Shown: in pieces, positions 9,082 to 16,742 of the stretch
How the letters are laid out: each line of letters begins with the position of its first letter
Position numbering within the stretch: position 1 is the stretch's first letter
NCBI GenBank assembly: GCA_965202785.1
Contig: OZ241855.1
Span: 754,633-818,632, forward strand
Direction: 5' to 3'
Origin: Thermodesulfobacteriota bacterium
GTDB lineage: Bacteria; Desulfobacterota_D; UBA1144; Nemesobacterales; Nemesobacteraceae
DNA: 64,000 nt
Program-made: the position numbers and the translations under genes
Notes under the pieces: generated by a model
The model's database searches: none
Told to the model about the DNA's origin: nothing
What the model saw: the letters and a program-made list of their open reading frames with translations, nothing else

Positions 9082-9177
9082 AGCAATCTACTTTGGAACT
9101 CATGAAATTGTCAGATTATGGATGCTGTTACAAATTGTCTGGCAGAAAAAATTTTGGGACTTATATACGATGCTATA

Positions 9178-10122
9178 CTAGTAACTTTCCCCGAGCCCGT
9201 TTTTAGCCACGTAGCACGCTCCAAGCACCCCTGAGTCGTCTCCCAGAGCGGCTCTCTTTATCTGAAGTCCCCTCTCCATTCTCCCAAGACACCTTGTTTC
9301 GGCTTCCTCAAGCGTTTTCCCGATAAAAAGTTCCCATGCGCCTGAGAGCCCCCCGCCCACGACCACCGTTTTTACATCGAGAATGTTTACGAGAATTGAT
9401 ATTCCCACCCCCAAATTCGCCCCGAAGTCGTTCCATACCGATATGGCTGCTTGGTCTTTTTCGCGCGCGAGTTCCGCTAGGCTCTCGGGGAGGGCTGATT
9501 CTTCGGTTCCAGCAAGCCTTTCGCGGAGTTGCGGGTCCTCGCGGACGATTCTCCTTATCGCTACCTGCGAAACATAGGTTTCAATGCAGCCCCTCGCTCC
9601 GCAGGCGCAAAGGGGTCCTGACGGGTTAATCGTCATGTGCCCCAACTCTCCGGCGAAGCCGTTTTCCCCCGACCAGAGCTTGCCGTCGAGGATTATTCCG
9701 CCCCCGAATCCGGTTCCCAGGGTTATCATTACCATCGAGTTTGAGCCTCTACCCGCCCCCGCCCGGTATTCTCCGAGAGCCGCGCAGGAAGCGTCGTTTT
9801 CTATAAAAACGGGGGTTGCGGTTCCGATTTTCTCCGAAAGGACTTCTGTAAACGGGAAATTCTTGGTGTTTGCTATGTTCGGGGCCTGGACGAGAGTACC
9901 GCTTGCGCGGTCAATGGTTCCCGGTATTCCTATCCCGATTGCGGATACCCCTTCCCCGGCTAATCCTTCTATTAAGCCAGCGAGGTTCTCCATGAGCCGG
10001 GAGATACCCATGTGGGCGTCCGAGAGGGTTTTTCTCTCCCCGAGGGTTTCCCCCTCCTCGGAGATAATTTTTCCCCTGATGTTGGTCCCCCCTATGTCTA
10101 TGCCAAGGAATTTCCGCTTCAT
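9178..10122 (-). CDS. ROK-family sugar kinase (glucokinase / N-acetylglucosamine kinase-like)
   Basis: N-terminal LGIDIGGTNIRG, and the ROK zinc motif CACGARGCIETYVS. Confidence 0.85.
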   Translation of the reverse strand: MKRKFLGIDIGGTNIRGKIISEEGETLGERKTLSDAHMGISRLMENLAGLIEGLAGEGVSAIGIGIPGTIDRASGTLVQAPNIANTKNFPFTEVLSEKIGTATPVFIENDASCAALGEYRAGAGRGSNSMVMITLGTGFGGGIILDGKLWSGENGFAGELGHMTINPSGPLCACGARGCIETYVSQVAIRRIVREDPQLRERLAGTEESALPESLAELAREKDQAAISVWNDFGANLGVGISILVNILDVKTVVVGGGLSGAWELFIGKTLEEAETRCLGRMERGLQIKRAALGDDSGVLGACYVAKNGLGESY

Positions 10123-10296
10123 TTTCCGTTATTAAGCTGTGAAAAACCGTCCAGAAAACTCTATTTTACCCTGTCTTTTCAGAAAATATTGACTGCGGTG
10201 GCGGATGAAGACACCGGATTTTTGCGCAAGCCGCATGTAACAAGGTATAAATTTATCCTGATTAGCGGGCGTTTCGCGTCGTGTATTTTTCGGGAT

Positions 10297-11546
10297 TTAT
10301 GTATTTAAGTTGACGGATTAGATTCAAGCTGTAAACCGGGTATAATGCAGTGATGATAAGAACTTACAAGTGCAGGGTGAAGCTGTCCAAGGCTGGTCAT
10401 GAACGGTTGACCGAGATATTCGCGATGTCTGCGGAGCTGTACAACGCAGGCTTGGAATCCCGCATTGACTGCTACAAAAAGACAGGAGAAAGCCGCAGTC
10501 TTTATGACCAGTACAAGGAACTTGTGCAGGTAAGAGCGGAGTTGCCGGAGTTTGAATCTATATCCAATATTGTGTTTCGTGGCGTACTCTCAAGGCTTGA
10601 CAAGGCGTACAAATCGTTTTTTCGGAGGGTGAAGGCAAAGGAGAAAGCCGGATTCCCCCGTTTCAAGAGCCGGAAACGCTGGCGAACCATAGAGATAAAT
10701 GACAGGGCATGGAGTATGCTCAAGCGTGAGGGGAACAAACTGATTCTAAAGGTCAAAGGGTTTCCTCGGATCGAGGTAAGGCCGTCGAGGGAGCTTCCCC
10801 CGAATGCCCTGCTCAAGGCGATTCGGATTACCAGAAAGCCTCTGCGGACGGAAGTGGCGTTATCGTACGAATTGGCGACTCCCGAGGCAAAACCATTTAC
10901 CAGCCCCGTTGGAATAGATATGGGCATATCGAAGCGCCTGACCTTGAGCGATGGGGGAACCGTGGAGAAGCGGGAGATAGACAGAAAGAAACTGATACGC
11001 CTTCAACGCTCCGCATCCCGCAAGGTGAAGGGAAGCAAAAACAGGCGTAAAGCGGTGCGTCTGCTCGCAAAGGAATGGCAGAGGGTATCGGACGGGGAGA
11101 GAGATTATCTTCACCGCCTGACCAGAGAGATAGTCAAGATGTACGACTTCATTGCGGTAGAGAAACTGAAGACAGAAAACATGCTTCGCGACGGGAATTT
11201 AGCAAAGAGTATTTCCGAGCAGACTTGGGGCAGTACCATTACGCTGCTTAACGAGAAGGCCGAGAGTGCTGGCGTTAAGATGGTGGCAGTGAACCCCGAG
11301 GGAACTTCGCAGGAATGTTCTGCCTGCGGAGCAACAGTAAAGAAAGACTTGAGCGTGCGTGTCCATAAATGCGACTGTGGTTATGTCGCCGACAGGGACA
11401 TAAACGCTGCAATTAATATCCTTCATCGAGGTATCTCGATTGCGGGCGGGAATGTTACCCGCATGGTCGGAAGGATTAAAGAGAAGTCAGAAGTTGTTCT
11501 GACTCGGCCAAGAACAGTGTACGAAAGTGTCAACTTAAATACATAA
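10297..11546 (+). mobile_element. TnpB-only insertion element bounded by perfect 18-bp terminal inverted repeats
   Basis: TTATGTATTTAAGTTGAC at 10297-10314 and its exact reverse complement at 11529-11546. The right repeat ends precisely at the tnpB stop codon. Confidence 0.7.
10350..11546 (+). CDS. tnpB: IS200/IS605-family OrfB/TnpB RNA-guided endonuclease homolog
   Basis: RuvC-I GIDMG, zinc finger CSACG...CDCG, RuvC-III DRDINAAINIL, 398 aa. Confidence 0.9.
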   Translation: MMIRTYKCRVKLSKAGHERLTEIFAMSAELYNAGLESRIDCYKKTGESRSLYDQYKELVQVRAELPEFESISNIVFRGVLSRLDKAYKSFFRRVKAKEKAGFPRFKSRKRWRTIEINDRAWSMLKREGNKLILKVKGFPRIEVRPSRELPPNALLKAIRITRKPLRTEVALSYELATPEAKPFTSPVGIDMGISKRLTLSDGGTVEKREIDRKKLIRLQRSASRKVKGSKNRRKAVRLLAKEWQRVSDGERDYLHRLTREIVKMYDFIAVEKLKTENMLRDGNLAKSISEQTWGSTITLLNEKAESAGVKMVAVNPEGTSQECSACGATVKKDLSVRVHKCDCGYVADRDINAAINILHRGISIAGGNVTRMVGRIKEKSEVVLTRPRTVYESVNLNT

Positions 11547-11556
11547 TTCCCTTTAG

Positions 11557-12849
11557 ATGAACCAAAGAACCGCAGCTGTCCTGTCAGCCGTTTTCCTGCT
11601 CTTTTTCTACCTTTCCTGTGAAAGACCCCCGGAGATTCCGAGCCCCGAGTCCATGCGGGAGGTTCCCGCGTTCCCCGAGATGGACGACGACCTTTTCCCT
11701 GAGGGACTGAAGGAATCCATCGGCGCAAGCGTCGAGAAACTTTCGCAGAAAAAGGATTCCCAGCTTGTTTTCGGACAGAAAACCGTCTCCGCAGGGGACT
11801 ACGCGCTCGCACTCGGTTATCTTCTCGCCAAGCTTGAAGCGGGCGTTACCAAGGATGATTTCATAAAGGACGTAAGGGAAAATTTCGATTTCTACGGCTT
11901 TCCGGGAAAACCCTGGGGCAAGGTTTTTATAACATCTTACTTTTCTCCGGTGCTTTCCGCTTCCCGAACCAGGACACCGCAGCATACCCAGCCGCTATAC
12001 GGGGTTCCCGCCGACCTGGTGCGCCTGAGGATAGACAGGTTCGTCGAGCGATTCGAGAGATTTTCGTTTCTTGAGGACGACAAGATCGCCCGGGGAAAGC
12101 TTCAGTCCCTTTACGGCAGAGTCGCCTCCGGAGGCCCTGGCAGGACGTCGGAGCTGGTTCCCTATTATTCTCGAAGCGAGATAGACTCCGGGGGAAGGCT
12201 CAGGGGGAAAAGGCTTGAGATCGCGTGGGTAGACCCTGTTGATGCGTTTTTTCTTCAGGTTCAGGGCTCGGGTAAAATAAGGTTTGCGGACGGAGAAGAG
12301 CGGGTCGTGGGCTACGCCGCCCAGAACGGACACGATTACGTGGCGATAGGGAAATTTCTCTTCGAGTGGATTCCGAAGGAAAAAATGAGCCTTTGGGCCA
12401 TAGAAAGCCACCTGAGATCCCTCTCCTACGCGGAGAGGATGAAGATTCTTTACAAAAACCCTAGTTACATTTTCTTCCGCGGACTTGCGGGCAAGCCGGA
12501 AACTTCTTTCGGAACGGAAGTCGTCGACGGCAGGACTGTAGCGACCGACAAGGCTTTTTTCCCCAGGGGGGCGCTGGCGTTCATGGAGTTTGAGAGACCG
12601 GTTTTCGAAACTCCCTCTTCAGTTGAGCCGTCGCAGTGGGAACCGGTTTCCCGCTTTGTCGTTAACCACGACAGCGGCGGAGCCATAAAAGGGGCCCGGC
12701 GCGTCGACCTTTTCTGGGGGGAGGGAAAAGACGCCTCCCGGCACGCGGGTGTGATGAAAAACTGGGGAAAGTTCTTCTATCTGGTGCCGAAGGGGGAATT
12801 CCTGACGGTGCTTAGGGCAAAAAACGGCGGCCAGGGCCAAGGAGGATGA
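11557..12849 (+). CDS. mltA: Membrane-bound lytic murein transglycosylase A (lipoprotein)
   Basis: Lipoprotein signal (FFYLSC), and an MltA-like core (AWVDPVDAFFLQVQGSGKIRFADGE...GHDYVAIGK). Confidence 0.75.
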   Translation: MNQRTAAVLSAVFLLFFYLSCERPPEIPSPESMREVPAFPEMDDDLFPEGLKESIGASVEKLSQKKDSQLVFGQKTVSAGDYALALGYLLAKLEAGVTKDDFIKDVRENFDFYGFPGKPWGKVFITSYFSPVLSASRTRTPQHTQPLYGVPADLVRLRIDRFVERFERFSFLEDDKIARGKLQSLYGRVASGGPGRTSELVPYYSRSEIDSGGRLRGKRLEIAWVDPVDAFFLQVQGSGKIRFADGEERVVGYAAQNGHDYVAIGKFLFEWIPKEKMSLWAIESHLRSLSYAERMKILYKNPSYIFFRGLAGKPETSFGTEVVDGRTVATDKAFFPRGALAFMEFERPVFETPSSVEPSQWEPVSRFVVNHDSGGAIKGARRVDLFWGEGKDASRHAGVMKNWGKFFYLVPKGEFLTVLRAKNGGQGQGG

Positions 12850-12850
12850 G

Positions 12851-13786
12851 ATGACCGACGAAAAAACACTTGCATGCTCCCAGATGTCTTCCCAGAGCGG
12901 AGAACATCTCTACGGAACCGCTCTTGAGGTGAAAAACTGGTTTTTGCTTGAGTACTCCGGAGTATGGAAAAGGGATGCTTTTCCGGAAAGTGCGCTGCCG
13001 GAGGAGGTAAAGGAGCATCTTGGAGGCTTTCTCTCGTCTTTTGAGGAATCCAGGATTCAGCTGATAGGGGGGCCGGGCCCAAGCAAGGGAAACCCCGCTT
13101 TTTACTACGCGCACTCCTCTGAGTTTTCCCCGAAACTCTACAGGTTCGAGATAGAAACATACGAAGACCTCCTCTCGATAGACCTCCCCGAGCTTGTCCG
13201 CACCGGGGAGATAGAGAAATTCTCCTGCGAAGAAACGCTCGTTCTGGTCTGCACCCATGGAGCCCGCGACGGATGCTGCGCGGTCACAGGGGCTGAAGTT
13301 TACAGGGAGCTTCTAAAAAAAGAGGGGATTTCCGCGTGGAGAACCACCCACGTCGGGGGCCACCGCTTCGCCGCCAACATGATCATGCTTCCCGAGGGGA
13401 TATATTACGGGAGGGTAAACGGCGGAAATCTCGATGATGTCGTTTCCTCTCACCTTCGCGGCGAGATATTTCTTGACTGCTACAGGGGGAGGTCGTGTTA
13501 TTCCCAGACTTCGCAGGTTTCCGACTATTTTCTGAGAAGGGAGATAGAAAAACTCGGCATTTACGATATAAGATGGGAATTCGAAAAAGACAACGAGGAT
13601 TATACCGCGGTCGAGTTCGGGGTCGAAGGAGAAACCACGGTTTACGCCATAGGCACGGTGGTTATGAACCATAGCGTAAAGCTCCGGACGAGCTGCGATT
13701 CACAGGAAGTAAAGGGCATGCCTCAGTTCTTTTTCTACAGCATCGTACCCTACGAGCCTCAGAAGAAGGAAGAAGAGGATTCCTGA
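12851..13786 (+). CDS. Sucrase/ferredoxin-like (thioredoxin-like ferredoxin) family protein
   Basis: CTHGARDGCC motif followed by HVGGHRFA, 311 aa. Confidence 0.5.
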   Translation: MTDEKTLACSQMSSQSGEHLYGTALEVKNWFLLEYSGVWKRDAFPESALPEEVKEHLGGFLSSFEESRIQLIGGPGPSKGNPAFYYAHSSEFSPKLYRFEIETYEDLLSIDLPELVRTGEIEKFSCEETLVLVCTHGARDGCCAVTGAEVYRELLKKEGISAWRTTHVGGHRFAANMIMLPEGIYYGRVNGGNLDDVVSSHLRGEIFLDCYRGRSCYSQTSQVSDYFLRREIEKLGIYDIRWEFEKDNEDYTAVEFGVEGETTVYAIGTVVMNHSVKLRTSCDSQEVKGMPQFFFYSIVPYEPQKKEEEDS

Positions 13787-13794
13787 TCGCCCGC

Positions 13795-14748
13795 CTAGGG
13801 CGAAGCGCGCCGCCGTCCCAGAGATTCTGTGAAATCAAGAATTTCCTGCGAAAGACGCATAGAGCTTTCCTCGTCGGGGATTAGAGTGTCCGTGACGAAA
13901 ACACTTACTCCCAGGGCTTCTATGGCTGCCGCCTCTCCCGCATCCGAGCGGTCAATAACGAGCACGTCCAGAAAATCGGCGTAAAGCCTGGCCACCTGGG
14001 TAGAAGAAGCCTCCATTCCAAGTCCCCTCATGAGCTTGTCTGCCGGACCCTTAAGGGGTTTTCCGCGCATAAGGGGACTTACGGCAACCTTGAGTCCCGG
14101 CGCGCCGACCAGCCTTTCTCTCACTTCCTTTATCTCGAGTATGGGACCTATGCTGATTATCGGGTTGCTCGGGCATATGATTACAAGGTCGGCGCCATCT
14201 ATCGAGTCAAGAACCAGCGGGGCCGGAGACGCCTCGCGCGCCCCTTTTATCTTGACTCCGCGCACCTCGGGACGCATCGCGTGCTTTATGTAGTATTCCT
14301 GGAAGTGCATCTCGCCCGCGTCCGTCTCTATCCATGTCTCGACCCTGTCGTCGCTCATGGGCAGTATGCGCAGTTCCCCGAGGCCGAAGCGTTGCGCTAT
14401 CTTCGAAGTGGATTCGCTGAGGGTCCCGCCCCCGTCGGTAACGGCTTTTCTGAACAGGTGAGTGGCGAGATCCCTGTCCCCGAGCCCGAACCACGTCGGA
14501 AAACCGAACCTCGCGGCGGCTCCCAGGAACTCGAACGTGTCGCCTCGGAGCCCCCACCCTTTTTTTTCGTCTATGCTTCCCGAAAGCCTGTAGATTATGG
14601 TGTCTATGTCCGGAGAAACCCTCATTCCGTAAAGATCCATGTCGTCCGCAGTGTTCACTATTACGGTGAGTTCCGACGGGGGAATTATCCCCGTGAGTCC
14701 TTTAAGGAATTTCGCGGCTCCGCTTCCGCCGCCAAGTGCCGTTATCAT
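13795..14748 (-). CDS. CofD/YvcK (UPF0052, 2-phospho-L-lactate transferase-like) family protein
   Basis: N-terminal MITALGGGSGAAKFLKGL glycine-rich motif. The start was set at the internal Met, which has a GGAGAAA ribosome-binding site. Confidence 0.6.
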   Translation of the reverse strand: MITALGGGSGAAKFLKGLTGIIPPSELTVIVNTADDMDLYGMRVSPDIDTIIYRLSGSIDEKKGWGLRGDTFEFLGAAARFGFPTWFGLGDRDLATHLFRKAVTDGGGTLSESTSKIAQRFGLGELRILPMSDDRVETWIETDAGEMHFQEYYIKHAMRPEVRGVKIKGAREASPAPLVLDSIDGADLVIICPSNPIISIGPILEIKEVRERLVGAPGLKVAVSPLMRGKPLKGPADKLMRGLGMEASSTQVARLYADFLDVLVIDRSDAGEAAAIEALGVSVFVTDTLIPDEESSMRLSQEILDFTESLGRRRASP

Positions 14749-14898
14749 CTGAGTTTCTCCGTGCCCCGGATATTTCACCTGTAAGCTATTTAAGCCCCTT
14801 ATCCGTGTCAAGCCGGGAACTGCGCGGCCCCCTGCGGCGGCTTGAAAGTTAGTACCGGCTCATATAGAGTTTAGTTCGTCTTTTCAAGGAAAACCCCG

Positions 14899-16488
14899 TT
14901 GGCATTCGATATCATAAAAGACAAGCGGAGCCTTCTCACTAAGGCCCTACTTCTGCTGCTCGCCCTTACTTTCGTTATCGGTTTCGGATACGTTGGGGGA
15001 ATAAGCATAGGAGGGAGAGGTCCCAGCGGCGGAGTTGCGGTTGAGGTCAACGGGGACAAGGTTTCCCTCGCGGAGTTCTATAACCTCAGGGATTCGATGC
15101 TTGACCGCCTGCGCCGCAGCGACCAGCAGATCTCGGACGAGCTTTACGAATACGTGAATTTTTCCGTGATCGACTCGCTGGTTAACAAGAAGCTGCTCGC
15201 CCAGAAGGCCGAAGAACTGGGAATCAGGGTAAGCCAGGAGGAGCTTTCAGACGCAATAAGAAACGACCCGGGTTTCCAGGTGGACGACGCTTTCGTGGGG
15301 TTTGAGCGCTACCGGGACTTTATTTCAAGGGGACTTAACCGCACCGTGAAGGATTTCGAGGACTCCTACAGGGAGGATCTTCTTGTGGCCAAGCTCGTTT
15401 CGGTCCTTGACAGTTCCGTAACGGCGAGCGAAGAGGAACTTTTAAGCATCTACAGGGCGCGCGAGGAGAAAATCGATCTTCACTACGTCTCGTTTGCGGC
15501 ACGGGATTACCTTGAAGGCCAAAAACCGGGCGAAGAGGAAATCGCACGGTATTACAGAAAAAACACCGATCTTTTCTGGGAACCTGAGAAACGCGTGGCG
15601 CGCTACGTGAAACTCGCTCCCGGGGATTTCACCGAGGATGCCGAGGTTTCCGACGAGGAAATCGAGGCCTACTACACGACTTACCCGGAGGAATTTCTTT
15701 CCGAAGGGACCCCGAAACCGTTTGACGACGTAAAGGGGGATATAAAAAAGCAGCTCGTGGATGGCAAGTCCAAGCTTCTCTACGACCAGTTCCTTGAGGA
15801 GTTCCTCCAGAAACGCTCCTTCTCGGACCTTCTTTCCGAAAAAAGCTCGCTTGAGGTGAAAGAAACCGCGGAGTTTGCCCTCGGAGGCGTGAGCGGAGAC
15901 GTTCCCGGCGCCGTAAGAAGAGAGGCTTTTTCGGTGAAGAAAAAGAGGCTTTCAAGCGTGGTGCTTCGGGATTTCACCTGGTTTTTCGAGGTAACCAGGG
16001 TCAAGTCCTCAAAGCGGTCGGGAATTGAGCCCGCGCGCGGGGAGATTATAGAGGCGCTGAAAAGGGAAAAGGCCGTTGATCGGGCCAGAGAATCCGCCGG
16101 GGGCAGTCTCGCGAAAATAACCGCCTCTGGCAAAGGTTTCTCCGGGGCAGCCAAGTCCCTGGGTCTTTCGGTGGAGCGCACCGGTTTTTTCTCACGGTCC
16201 GAGGATCCCCTGGAAGTCGAATCCGGGGATTTCATCTCAGATGTCTTCGGCCTTAGAAGCAACCGTTCTACCCCCAATCGTGTCTACAAGTCGGGGGAGA
16301 CTTTCTACATAGTGTCGCTTGCGAAGACAAAGCCCGCCGACAGCGGGTACTTCGGGAACGAGAGGGATTCTCTTAGGCGCCAGGAGGTTTCGTTGCGAAA
16401 AATGCTTGTGATCGAACGCCTGCTTGAGAGCCTCAGAGAAAGCTCCAAGATCTCGCCCAACAAGAACCTTCTTTCCCAGGGAGGATAA
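14899..16488 (+). CDS. Periplasmic chaperone PpiD-like protein (SurA N-terminal domain); TTG start
   Basis: N-terminal membrane anchor, then a SurA_N-like region, 529 aa. The start codon appears to be TTG. Confidence 0.5.
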   Translation: MAFDIIKDKRSLLTKALLLLLALTFVIGFGYVGGISIGGRGPSGGVAVEVNGDKVSLAEFYNLRDSMLDRLRRSDQQISDELYEYVNFSVIDSLVNKKLLAQKAEELGIRVSQEELSDAIRNDPGFQVDDAFVGFERYRDFISRGLNRTVKDFEDSYREDLLVAKLVSVLDSSVTASEEELLSIYRAREEKIDLHYVSFAARDYLEGQKPGEEEIARYYRKNTDLFWEPEKRVARYVKLAPGDFTEDAEVSDEEIEAYYTTYPEEFLSEGTPKPFDDVKGDIKKQLVDGKSKLLYDQFLEEFLQKRSFSDLLSEKSSLEVKETAEFALGGVSGDVPGAVRREAFSVKKKRLSSVVLRDFTWFFEVTRVKSSKRSGIEPARGEIIEALKREKAVDRARESAGGSLAKITASGKGFSGAAKSLGLSVERTGFFSRSEDPLEVESGDFISDVFGLRSNRSTPNRVYKSGETFYIVSLAKTKPADSGYFGNERDSLRRQEVSLRKMLVIERLLESLRESSKISPNKNLLSQGG

Positions 16489-16506
16489 CTTTCCGCCCGG
16501 AAAGTT

Positions 16507-16542
16507 GAAAAACCACTTCATCTTGTGGTATAATTTAAATTG
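16507..16542 (+). promoter_or_regulatory. Candidate promoter TTGAAA-N18-TGGTATAAT (extended -10) upstream of smc
   Basis: It follows the ppiD-like gene and a ctttccg/cggaaag hairpin. Confidence 0.35.
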
Positions 16543-16742
16543 ACCGGAAGGCCTTGATCGATAAGGGATCTTTTTCACGTACCGCCGAAGAGTTATCCCG
16601 GCGGCTTTCTTCAGGATTCTGGCCCCTTCAGGACTTCTATATATAGATGCGGGAGTTTTAACTTTCCCGGCCACGGCGAGGGTTTTGCGTGAAACGGGCG
16701 GCGGCGCGCGTGGACGCAACGATGCCGGGCCGCGGTTCTCCC

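Noticed and set aside
9082-9177. 34-codon ORF (MKLSDYGCCYKLSG...) between the toxin gene and the ROK kinase gene.
   Set aside because: It has no ribosome-binding site, AT-rich random-looking composition and no homology. It is probably non-coding.
16689-16742. N-terminal extension of smc, with the ORF-track start at 16689 (GTG).
   Set aside because: SMC proteins canonically begin MRIxxLxLxGFKSF, and the ATG at 16743 gives exactly that. The extension is Ala/Arg-rich and without homology.
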